A DNA stretch of 64,000 bases from Patescibacteria group bacterium UBA1406 (lineage in GTDB: Bacteria > Patescibacteriota > Microgenomatia > UBA1406): NCBI GenBank assembly GCA_002305675.1, contig DBQA01000007.1:110653-174652 (forward strand). The letters run 5' to 3'. Both the position numbers and the translations under genes were made by a program. The stretch's first letter is position 1. Each line of letters begins with the position of its first letter. A model generated the notes under the pieces. It was not told the origin of the DNA and did not search any database. It saw only the letters and a list, made by a program, of their open reading frames with translations. Of the stretch, positions 54,392 to 62,733 are shown one piece after another.

Positions 54392-54991
54392 ATGTTTTCA
54401 ACTTTAAAGGCCGCCATTAAAGGCGTCGTCTACTCGACCTTCGCCGTCCCGGCCCTCGCCCTGATGGCTTTTGCGGAAAGTTCTTTCTTTCCCATCCCCC
54501 CGGACACGGTCCTGATCCCCCTGGCCCTCCTGAACCCGAAAGCAGCCTTCTATTACGCCACCGTCACTACCGTGGCTTCGGTCCTCGGCGGGTTGTTCGG
54601 TTATTTCATCGGCAACAAGGGCGGCAAGCCCCTGGTCAGGCGGTTCATTTCCGAGACCAAACTGGAGCGCGTCCGGGAACTTTACCAGAAATACGATGTC
54701 TGGGCGGTGACCATGGGCGCCTTCACCCCCCTGCCCTACAAGGTGTTCACCATAGCCGCCGGCATGATGGACCTGAACGTCCGGCGTTTCGTACTCGCCT
54801 CTTTTATCGGCCGGGGAGGGCGGTTCTATGCCGTAGCCACGGCCATCTACTTCTTCGGACCGGCCGCAAAAACCTTTCTGTCGGAGTATTTTGAGCTGAC
54901 GGTCGTCGTGTTCAGCGTCCTCCTGATCGGCGGAGTGGTCGTCGCCAACAAGGTCTTGTCCAAAAAAGAACAGAAGCAGCCGGCTAAATGA
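54392..54991 (+). CDS. DedA/YqaA-family (VTT domain) membrane protein
   Basis: FAESSFFPIPPDTVLIPLAL and GAFTPLPYKVFTIAAG. Start at 54392 (TACAAT 7 nt upstream). Confidence 0.8.
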   Translation: MFSTLKAAIKGVVYSTFAVPALALMAFAESSFFPIPPDTVLIPLALLNPKAAFYYATVTTVASVLGGLFGYFIGNKGGKPLVRRFISETKLERVRELYQKYDVWAVTMGAFTPLPYKVFTIAAGMMDLNVRRFVLASFIGRGGRFYAVATAIYFFGPAAKTFLSEYFELTVVVFSVLLIGGVVVANKVLSKKEQKQPAK

Positions 54992-55427
54992 GCTCTGAGT
55001 CCAGCCAGATCGTCACCGGCCCGTCGTTCTGGATGAAGACCTGCATATAGGCGCCGAAACGGCCGGTGGCCACTCTGACGCTTTCCCCCAACTGCCTTAC
55101 GAACAGGTCGAAGTATTTTTTGGCCTTGTCCGGCTCGGCGGCCCGGATGAATGAGGGCCGATTGCCCTTCTGGCTGTTCCCCGACAGGGTGAACTGGGAC
55201 ACGGCCAGAACCTCTCCCCGGGTTTCCCTGATATCCAGATTCATCTTGCCTGCCCCGTCGGCCATCACCCTGAGGTTCAGGACCTTTTTGGCCATTTTGC
55301 CGACCACGTCCTCCGTATCTTCCTGGTCTATGGCCACGAGCAGCAGATAACCTTTGTCTATTTGGGAAACTGTCTTGCCCTCAACTTCGACCCGGGCTGC
55401 CCCCACCCTTTGGAGAAGAATTTTCAT
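54984..55427 (-). CDS. dtd: D-aminoacyl-tRNA deacylase
   Basis: MKILLQRV, SQFTL and NDGPVT motifs. 147 aa. Confidence 0.92.
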   Translation of the reverse strand: MKILLQRVGAARVEVEGKTVSQIDKGYLLLVAIDQEDTEDVVGKMAKKVLNLRVMADGAGKMNLDIRETRGEVLAVSQFTLSGNSQKGNRPSFIRAAEPDKAKKYFDLFVRQLGESVRVATGRFGAYMQVFIQNDGPVTIWLDSELI

Positions 55428-57868
55428 GCCGCTTTTTTGGTTTTTCTGGCTATTTTTTGCAAGGCCACGTCCACCACCTGGTCCATGTGATCCACGAAGA
55501 CGAACTTCAGGTCCTTGAGCGTCCTCTCCGGGATCTCCACCAGGTCTTTTTTGTTATCTTTAGGCAGAATGGTCGTTTTGATGCCGGCCCGGTGGGCGGC
55601 AATCACCTTTTCCTTGACCCCGCCTATCTCGAGCACCCTTCCCCGCAATGTCACCTCACCCGTCATGGCCACGTCGCGCTTGACGTATTTCTTGGTCAGG
55701 GCCGACAGGAGGGCAGTGGTAATGGCAATTCCGGCCGACGGGCCATCCTTGGGCACCGCTCCTTCTGGCACATGCACATGTATGTCCACCCTCTCAAAGA
55801 AGTCCTTGCTCAAATCGAACTTCTGCCATCTGCTCCTGATATAGGAAAGCGCCGCCTGGCAGGATTCCTTCATGACGTCGCCCAGGTGACCGGTCAGGGT
55901 CAGGTTGCCTTTGCCCGGCATGATGGAGGCCTCGATGAACAATATCTCGCCCCCGGCCTGGGTCCAGGCGAGCCCCGTGGACATGCCGATCTCGTCCTGC
56001 TTCTCGGCCATATAGGAACTGTATTTATAAGGTCCGAGATATTTGACCGCGTCGTTCGGGGAGATGGTGATGGAGCGGAAATTTTTGGTCAGTTTCTTGC
56101 CTTTGTCCTCGCTTTCGGCAATTTCCCTGGCCACTTTCCGGAATATCATGGCGATCTGCCGCTCGAGCTCTCTGACGCCTGCCTCCCGGGTGTAGCGCCT
56201 GATGATGAGCCTGATGGTCTCGTCGGACAGCTTCACTTCGAACTTGTCCACGCCGTGAGCCTTTTTCTGCTTTTCCACCAGATACCCTTTGGCAATGGCG
56301 AACTTCTCATCCTCGGTATAGCCGGGGAAATGGATGACCTCCAATCTGTCGAGAAGTGCCGGTGGAATGGTATCCAGGACGTTCGCGGTGGTGATGAACA
56401 TCGCCCTGGACAGGTCGAAGTTCACCTCCAGGTAATGATCGGAGAAGGAATGGTTCTGCTCCGGGTCCAGAGCCTCGAGAAGCGCAGCGGACGGGTCGCC
56501 CCGGAAATCGCGGCCGAGCTTGTCTATCTCGTCCAGCATGAAGACAGGGTTTTTGGTCTCCGCCTGCTTGACCCCCTGGATGATGCGGCCCGGCAGGGCT
56601 CCGACATATGTCCGTCTGTGGCCGCGGATCTCGGCCTCGTCCCTGATACCGCCCAATGACAGCTTGACGAACTTCCTCTTGAGGGATCGGGCAATGGAGC
56701 GCCCCAAAGATGTTTTACCAACACCCGGCGGCCCGACGAAGCACAGGATGGTCGGGGGCTGCACCTCGTCCTGGTACTTCTTATCCTTACCGTTCTTTCT
56801 GGACCTCGCGTTCGCTTTTCCCGTCATATTCTTCCTCAGTTTCAGGACGGCCAGGTACTCGATGATCCGTTCTTTAATTCTCTTCAGGCCGAAATGGTCC
56901 TCGTTCAGGATGCGCTCCGATTCCTTGATATCGATGTCGTCCGGCGACAGTTTGCTCCAGGGAAGGTCTGTCAGCCAATCAAGATAGGTACGCAGATATG
57001 ACGCCTCCGGGTTGTACTGGGACATCTTGGCAAACCTCTCGAGCTCCTTCATGGCCTTCTCTTCGACATCCCGCGGCATCTGGGACAGCTTGATCTTTTT
57101 GCGGTATTCCAGGATCTCCTTGTCCTCCTTGCTGCCGCCGAGCTCCTTTTCGATGGTGCGCATCTTCTCCCGCAACACATTTTCCCGGATACCCTTTTCG
57201 AACTGCTTCTGGGTCTTGGCGCTGATCTTCTTCTCTATCTCGAGCACCCTCAGCTCCTTGGCCAGGTACTCGATCTCCTTGGTTAGCCGGTTTTTGACGC
57301 TGTCCACCTCCAGAAGCTCCTGCTTGTACTGGGGCTTGAGGTCCAGAATGGCCGCCAGCTGATAAGAAAAGTCGTTGGGGGGAAGATCGGAGAAAACGTT
57401 CATCAGGGCAATGAAGTCGATGTTCTTACCGAGATTGATCGCTTTTTTCAGTTCATTATTAAGGTTCAGGACCATGGCCCTGATCTCGTCATCGACCTCC
57501 TGGTGGTCCTTCACCTCCTGATACTCGGCCAGGAAATACGGGTCCACGCTGGCATAGTTGACGATCTTGGCTTTCTTAAGGCCCTTGACCAAGACCTGAA
57601 GCTCCCCGTGCTCCAGGGAGGCAAACCGCTCGATGGAGATGACGACACCCACGTCGTATAGGTCGTTTCGTTCGGGTTCGTTGACACGGGAGTCCTTCTG
57701 CAGTACCAGAATGAGGCGTTTGTCCTGCTTCAGCGCCGCCTCGAAGGCCCGGATGGTCTTCGGACGGCCGAAAATGAGGGGCGCTTCGGTGTTGGGATAA
57801 ACGAGGCCGTCCCTGATCGGCACTACCGGTAGCTTGTTGGTTTCCTTTCTTGTTGATAGTATGGCCAT
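55424..57868 (-). CDS. lon: ATP-dependent Lon protease
   Basis: LON N-domain, Walker A GPPGVGKTS, and protease PKDGPSAGIA (Ser) with a downstream Lys. 814 aa. Confidence 0.95.
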   Translation of the reverse strand: MAILSTRKETNKLPVVPIRDGLVYPNTEAPLIFGRPKTIRAFEAALKQDKRLILVLQKDSRVNEPERNDLYDVGVVISIERFASLEHGELQVLVKGLKKAKIVNYASVDPYFLAEYQEVKDHQEVDDEIRAMVLNLNNELKKAINLGKNIDFIALMNVFSDLPPNDFSYQLAAILDLKPQYKQELLEVDSVKNRLTKEIEYLAKELRVLEIEKKISAKTQKQFEKGIRENVLREKMRTIEKELGGSKEDKEILEYRKKIKLSQMPRDVEEKAMKELERFAKMSQYNPEASYLRTYLDWLTDLPWSKLSPDDIDIKESERILNEDHFGLKRIKERIIEYLAVLKLRKNMTGKANARSRKNGKDKKYQDEVQPPTILCFVGPPGVGKTSLGRSIARSLKRKFVKLSLGGIRDEAEIRGHRRTYVGALPGRIIQGVKQAETKNPVFMLDEIDKLGRDFRGDPSAALLEALDPEQNHSFSDHYLEVNFDLSRAMFITTANVLDTIPPALLDRLEVIHFPGYTEDEKFAIAKGYLVEKQKKAHGVDKFEVKLSDETIRLIIRRYTREAGVRELERQIAMIFRKVAREIAESEDKGKKLTKNFRSITISPNDAVKYLGPYKYSSYMAEKQDEIGMSTGLAWTQAGGEILFIEASIMPGKGNLTLTGHLGDVMKESCQAALSYIRSRWQKFDLSKDFFERVDIHVHVPEGAVPKDGPSAGIAITTALLSALTKKYVKRDVAMTGEVTLRGRVLEIGGVKEKVIAAHRAGIKTTILPKDNKKDLVEIPERTLKDLKFVFVDHMDQVVDVALQKIARKTKKAA

Positions 57869-57872
57869 ATTT

Positions 57873-57899
57873 TTAGCAGTATATAATACTGATTGCTAA
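57873..57899. promoter_or_regulatory. CIRCE-like inverted repeat TTAGCAGTA-N9-GATTGCTAA (candidate HrcA operator)
   Basis: Compared with the CIRCE consensus TTAGCACTC-N9-GAGTGCTAA, the left arm matches 7/9 and the right arm 8/9, with exact 9-nt spacing. It lies between -35 and +1 of the lon promoter. Confidence 0.55.
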
Positions 57900-57906
57900 A
57901 AATCAA
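57878..57906 (-). promoter_or_regulatory. lon promoter TTGATT-N17-TATACT, 9 nt from the ATG
   Basis: Minus strand: TTGATT (57906..57901), 17-nt spacer, TATACT (57883..57878), GCTAAAAAT, ATG at 57868. Confidence 0.55.
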
Positions 57907-57924
57907 CCGGAATTTTTTGGTTTT

Positions 57925-58191
57925 TTATTTGGGATAAATCCTTTTTCCATTCTCGTCCTCGATGATTATGGCTGCGACCGGACAGCCTTTGGCCGCGTCC
58001 AGGATAGCCTCTTTGGCTTCCTCGTTGGCCGTGTCCAGGATGACCGCCTTGGCTTCCGTATCCAGGGCAAAGGCCTTGGCGGCCAGGGCCACGCAGGTGG
58101 CGGCGCCAATGCAGAGCTTCCGGTCGACGCGGACCTTCCAGCCGTTAATTTTCTTGGGTCCGGAGGTGGGCTTGGTCATCGTACCACCCAT
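57925..58191 (-). CDS. Small single-cluster ferredoxin
   Basis: VRVDRKLCIGAATCVALAAKAF...AAKGCPVAAIIIED fits the ferredoxin Cys pattern. The start may be the ATG at 58179. Confidence 0.7.
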   Translation of the reverse strand: MGGTMTKPTSGPKKINGWKVRVDRKLCIGAATCVALAAKAFALDTEAKAVILDTANEEAKEAILDAAKGCPVAAIIIEDENGKRIYPK

Positions 58192-58195
58192 TCTA

Positions 58196-59425
58196 TCATA
58201 TAAAGGTCTTTTCCACCTTTTCTATTCCTCTGAGGAGCTTCTCCACGTCCTCTTCCGTATTGTAGATGTAAAAGGAAGCCCTGGTGCTCGCTGGGATCTT
58301 CAGTGCCCGGTGCAGCGGCATGGCGCAGTGATTGCCGGCCCGGACGGCGATGTTCTCGTCAGACAGGACCTGACTGATATCGTGGGGATGGAGGCGGGCA
58401 TGGTGGAAGGATAGGATACCGACCTTGTCCCCTGTTCCCGGAGGGCCGATCAGGCGGAAGTTGCGGTGCCGACGGAGACCTTCCATGGCGAGCTGTAAAA
58501 GTTTCTGCTCGTGATTCTGGATCTCTCCTTCCCCGAACCGGGACAGGTAGTCTACCGCCTCCCCGAGGCCAATGACCCCCGCGATGTGCGGCGTGCCGGC
58601 CTCGAACTTGTGGGGCGCATCCTTATACAATGTCTTTTCAACCGACACCTCCCTGACCATCTCACCGCCGTACTGGAAAGGGAACATGTCCGCCAAGAGC
58701 TCTTTTCTACCCCACAGCACGCCGACACCTGTCGGCCCGAGCATCTTGTGGCCGGAGAAGGCCAGGAAATCGCAGTCCAGGTCCTGGACATCGACCTTCA
58801 GTGAAGGGACGGCCTGGGCGGCGTCCACCACCACAAGCGTCTTGGGATTTATCTTTCTGATGTTTTGGATAATCTTTTTCAGGGGGTTAACCGTGCCGAG
58901 AACGTTCGAGGCATAAAAAAGGCCCACCATGACCGTGTTCTTGGTGATCAGGGACGCGGCAGTCCGGGGGTCGTCCAGGGGAACAATTCCCCGCTCATCC
59001 GTGTTCACCACCTTGAAGGCGGCCCCGTTCTCCAGGGCCAACTGCTGCCAGGGGACAAAATTGGAGTGGTGCTCGGCGATGGACACGAGCACCTCGCTTT
59101 CCCGGCCCACCCTTTGCCTTCCCAGGCTGTAGGCCACCAGGTTTATAGCCTCGGAGGTGTTCCTGACGAAAATTATCTCTTCGGAGATTTGGGCATTGAC
59201 GAACCGGGCCACTTTCCCCCTCGCCTCCTCGAACTTCTCAGTCGCCGTTTCCGACAGGGAGTACAGCCCCCGGAAGACGTTGGCCGAATACCGTTCATAG
59301 TAGTCGGTCATGGCCCTGATGACAGGAGCGGGTTTCAGGGAAGTGGCGGTCGTGTCCAGATAGACAAGATCCGGATGGTGGCTGAAGATGGGAAAATCCT
59401 GCTTGATATCGGCGGCGTTAATCAT
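58196..59425 (-). CDS. sufS: Cysteine desulfurase (SufS/CsdA-type, class V aminotransferase)
   Basis: Start at 59425 (MINAADIKQDFPIF). HHSNFVPWQ, SGHKMLGPTG (PLP Lys) and RAGNHCAMP (catalytic Cys loop). The track ORF's Arg-rich N-terminal extension overlaps the PBP gene. Confidence 0.88.
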   Translation of the reverse strand: MINAADIKQDFPIFSHHPDLVYLDTTATSLKPAPVIRAMTDYYERYSANVFRGLYSLSETATEKFEEARGKVARFVNAQISEEIIFVRNTSEAINLVAYSLGRQRVGRESEVLVSIAEHHSNFVPWQQLALENGAAFKVVNTDERGIVPLDDPRTAASLITKNTVMVGLFYASNVLGTVNPLKKIIQNIRKINPKTLVVVDAAQAVPSLKVDVQDLDCDFLAFSGHKMLGPTGVGVLWGRKELLADMFPFQYGGEMVREVSVEKTLYKDAPHKFEAGTPHIAGVIGLGEAVDYLSRFGEGEIQNHEQKLLQLAMEGLRRHRNFRLIGPPGTGDKVGILSFHHARLHPHDISQVLSDENIAVRAGNHCAMPLHRALKIPASTRASFYIYNTEEDVEKLLRGIEKVEKTFI

Positions 59426-61670
59426 TTTCTTTTTCCGGTTCGTTCTCCTGCGTACAATCAACGCAGTAGGTCGAATACTGGTCCCTGATGATGGTTTTCT
59501 CCTGCTCTTCCACGTTCTCCGTCTGACCGGGTTTCGCGAGCTTGCCCGTCTCCTTGTCAATGAAGACCTTCTTCTTTTCAATGATCGGGGCCTGCTCATA
59601 GCGCACGCCCGTGTCCCTGGCCGCATACTCGAAACGGATGACACAGGACTTAGTGCCGTCCGGGTTGTTTTCCGGCGGCCGGCCTGTATCCACGCACACC
59701 TCCCGGCCGAGAACGTCGTCCGGCTTTTTCGGCCACAGGTCCGGCTGGTTCCTCAGGGCAGCCTGCATGACCTTGTTCCAGATCGGAGCCGCCCCGGTAA
59801 CGCCGGAAACAAGATAAGGGTTCATCGCCCGGCCGTCGTTGTTGCCCACCCACACTACGGTCATGAAGTTCGGGGTATAACCGATGGTCCAGTTGTCCTT
59901 AAGGTCATCTGTGGTCCCGGTTTTGACCGAGACGGCGGCATGGCGGGGCACGACCAGGAAGGAACTCGGGCCGAACGCCTGGGAGCGGGCCTGGTTATCA
60001 AGGAGAATATGGGAGATCAGGAAGGCGGTCGATTTTTTGATGACCTGGTTGCCCTCAATGACCAGGAAGTTGGGATAGGAAAGGGGCCTCTTTACATCCT
60101 TCACCAAGTTCGGGTCCTTATACTCGTAAAGCACGTTGCCATTCCTGTCCGTGACCTTGAGAATGGCCACGAGGTCCTTGGAAACACCCTGGTTGGCAAA
60201 GGCGGAAAAGGCTTTGGCCATGTCCACCATCCGCACCTCCCCGCCCCCGAGCGTCAGGGACAGCCCGTAATTGGATGGGTCCTTGAAAGTGCTGATGCCG
60301 AAGGCGGAAGCCGAAGCGACGAAGTTCTCCAACCCATTCAGGGCGAGCATCTTGACGGCCGGGATATTGTATGAGTTGGCCAGTGCATACCTCAGCTGCA
60401 CCGCCCCGTGGAACTTGCCGTCATAGTTTTTCGGGCAGTAGCGATCAGGTTGGCCCGGCGGGCTGAAACAGGTCGGCACATCCAGAAAGATAGACGAAGG
60501 GGTCACGAGCCCCCGGTCGATGCCGATGGCGTAATTGATGGGCTTGATGGAGCTTCCGGGCTGTCTGAGGGCCGTGGTCACATTGTAGGCGCCGTACTGG
60601 CCGTCGAAGAAGTCCTTGGAGCCGACCATGGCCAGGACCTCCCCCGTCGGAGGCCGGGTGACAAGGACACCGCCGTTCCCCACATTATACCCGTTCAGTT
60701 TGTCCAGCTCCTCCACCAGGATCTTTTCCGATTCCTGCTGCAGCTCGTAGTCCAGGGTGGTATAGACCCTGAGACCCCCCTCCTGGACCATCTTCGCCCC
60801 ATACTCCTTTTCCAGAAGGTCCTTCACATAGAAGACGAAGTGGGGGGCATGGATGGTCGTCTTCGGCTTCTTATAGTTCAATTTCTCCTGTCGGGCCTTG
60901 TCGTACTGGTCCTTGTTGATATAGCCTTCCTCATACATGTTCTTCAGGACGGCCTGCTGCCTGGTCTTGGCCGCCTGCGGATTGGTGTAGGGTGAATAGA
61001 TCGAAGGCGCCTGGGGCAGTCCGGCAAGGAGCGCCGCCTCGGCCAGGGTGATCTTTTTGGCGTTCTTGCCGAAATACATCAGGGAGGCCTCCTCAATTCC
61101 CCAGGCCGTGCCGCCATAGGGCACCTGGTTCAGGTACATCTCCAGGATATCGTTCTTGTTGTACTTTTTCTCCACCAGAAGCGCCAGGATTATTTCCTTG
61201 ACCTTGCGGGAGACGGTCCGCTCCGGGGTAAGGAGGGCTGATTTGACAAGCTGCTGGGTGATGGTCGAGCCGCCCTGAAGCTGCTTCTCCTTCTGGAAAA
61301 GCATCTCCTTCGTAGCCCTCAGGATGCCGCCGAACAGGGATACGCCGCCGTGGCGATAGAAATTCTTGTCCTCGATGGCGATGGTCGCCCATTTAATATG
61401 GTCGGGCAGGCTTTCGAGCTTGACGGGCGTCCGGTTCTGCTCCCGAAACACCTCGTACAATTTTTTGCCGTCGCGGGAGAAGATGTGAGTGGAATAAGGT
61501 ACGGTGCCGAGTTCGCTCAATTTACCCGGGGAGGGCAGGTCCTTGAGGATGAAGACGGCGGTGAAGAAGAACATCACCAGGGCCGAACCCAAGGTCACGA
61601 GGAGCACCATTTCCTTAAGCGAACCGCGCGCCACAAACCCCAGTTTCTCCCTAAGTTTTTTCACAAACAT
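59418..61670 (-). CDS. Class A penicillin-binding protein (GT51 transglycosylase + transpeptidase)
   Basis: EDKNFYRHGG, GGSTITQQL, RKVKE and QPGSSIKP (SxxK). 750 aa. Confidence 0.92.
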   Translation of the reverse strand: MFVKKLREKLGFVARGSLKEMVLLVTLGSALVMFFFTAVFILKDLPSPGKLSELGTVPYSTHIFSRDGKKLYEVFREQNRTPVKLESLPDHIKWATIAIEDKNFYRHGGVSLFGGILRATKEMLFQKEKQLQGGSTITQQLVKSALLTPERTVSRKVKEIILALLVEKKYNKNDILEMYLNQVPYGGTAWGIEEASLMYFGKNAKKITLAEAALLAGLPQAPSIYSPYTNPQAAKTRQQAVLKNMYEEGYINKDQYDKARQEKLNYKKPKTTIHAPHFVFYVKDLLEKEYGAKMVQEGGLRVYTTLDYELQQESEKILVEELDKLNGYNVGNGGVLVTRPPTGEVLAMVGSKDFFDGQYGAYNVTTALRQPGSSIKPINYAIGIDRGLVTPSSIFLDVPTCFSPPGQPDRYCPKNYDGKFHGAVQLRYALANSYNIPAVKMLALNGLENFVASASAFGISTFKDPSNYGLSLTLGGGEVRMVDMAKAFSAFANQGVSKDLVAILKVTDRNGNVLYEYKDPNLVKDVKRPLSYPNFLVIEGNQVIKKSTAFLISHILLDNQARSQAFGPSSFLVVPRHAAVSVKTGTTDDLKDNWTIGYTPNFMTVVWVGNNDGRAMNPYLVSGVTGAAPIWNKVMQAALRNQPDLWPKKPDDVLGREVCVDTGRPPENNPDGTKSCVIRFEYAARDTGVRYEQAPIIEKKKVFIDKETGKLAKPGQTENVEEQEKTIIRDQYSTYCVDCTQENEPEKEND

Positions 61671-61683
61671 AAGGATTATTCTA

Positions 61684-62733
61684 TCAGATTAGGTCGGTGC
61701 TTTTGAAAATCTTGGGTTTCAGCCAGTCCTGGGGCGGCTTCTTCTGGTCTTCTTTTTGCTCCCCCTGGGACTCCTGATCCTGCGGCTCTGGCTGCTGCGG
61801 CTGGGGAGGAGAAGAAGGCTCTTCCACGGCCGGCTCCCTGCTCTGGAATACGTTCCGGTCCGGCTGTCTGGTCGGCTGCGTAGCCGGTTGGGGAGGGCTC
61901 GTCGGCCGGAAGGTCGGCTGTCCGCCGAAGGTCTCGGCCGCCTCTTCCTCGAACCCGCTCACCGGTCCGGTACCAAATGCCGGGGTGGCGGGTCTGGCCC
62001 TGGCCATACCCATAGGAACCTTGCGGGCGCCGTATTTCAAGAGTTTGGAAGCCGTTTCAAAAGAACCGGCGTTCGTGGAGAACGAGGTGAAGTTGTTGGT
62101 CGCGGCCGACAGACCGGCATAAAGATTGGTGGCAATGTCCGGATTGATATCCCATCTGAGCGTCTCCAACAGCCGGAGGATAAGTTCGGCGGTCGAGGAG
62201 GCCTGCTTTTCCACCATGTTCTCGGCCCCGTACTCCTTGTTGTCGAAGCGGCGGTCGATGTTGACTATCTTGTCCCGGGCAAAAACATCCGGGTTCTCGA
62301 GATAGATATTGCCTAAAGCCTCCAGGTTCGGGGTGTCGATGGTCACGATCAGATCCACCTGCCCACCCGTATAACTGTACTTGACGTTCTCGCTCGACAG
62401 GGGTGCGGTGCCTTTTCTGGGCTCTATCAACAGGTTGAACCGGTCATCGGTGATGTTGTAGGTTACTTTGTCGATGGCGCCGTCCGAATAGGGAAAGGAG
62501 ACCTTCAGGACGTTCCCCCCAAGGTCAAGGGACTGGCTTATCTTGTCGCTGCCCACGAGCCTGCCGGCCTCGCCGGTCTGGGCTTCTGTGGAAACGGTGA
62601 CGCCTTTGCCCTGGGAAATGGCCGCCAGGGCGAGGGCCAAAGCCGAAGCCACGCCGTCAATCCTGGCGTTGCGGCTGACCGCGACCAGGATGTGGCTGGC
62701 TGAATTGAACATTCTGACTATGTTTTCGTTCAT
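61684..62733 (-). CDS. DHH/DHHA1-family (NrnA-like) protein with degenerate catalytic motifs and a Pro/Gln-rich disordered tail
   Basis: Overall NrnA-like layout (ILVAVSRNARIDGVASALAL..., IVNIDRRFDNKEYG, ATNLYAGLSAATNNF). However, DHH is replaced by DRR and the DxD motif is altered. Confidence 0.6.
   Translation of the reverse strand: MNENIVRMFNSASHILVAVSRNARIDGVASALALALAAISQGKGVTVSTEAQTGEAGRLVGSDKISQSLDLGGNVLKVSFPYSDGAIDKVTYNITDDRFNLLIEPRKGTAPLSSENVKYSYTGGQVDLIVTIDTPNLEALGNIYLENPDVFARDKIVNIDRRFDNKEYGAENMVEKQASSTAELILRLLETLRWDINPDIATNLYAGLSAATNNFTSFSTNAGSFETASKLLKYGARKVPMGMARARPATPAFGTGPVSGFEEEAAETFGGQPTFRPTSPPQPATQPTRQPDRNVFQSREPAVEEPSSPPQPQQPEPQDQESQGEQKEDQKKPPQDWLKPKIFKSTDLI

Noticed and set aside
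53888-54420. Track ORFs 53888..54268 (-) and 54196..54420 (+)
   Set aside because: Both run through the tRNA-Lys and tRNA-Val genes. The N-terminal extension of 53545..54147 and the 10664 start of the ORF after tRNA-Pro were trimmed for the same reason.
59426-59644. Arg/Ser-rich 73-aa N-terminal extension of the sufS ORF
   Set aside because: It lies inside the 3' end of the PBP1A gene in another frame. The SufS homology begins at MINAADIKQDFPIF (ATG 59425).
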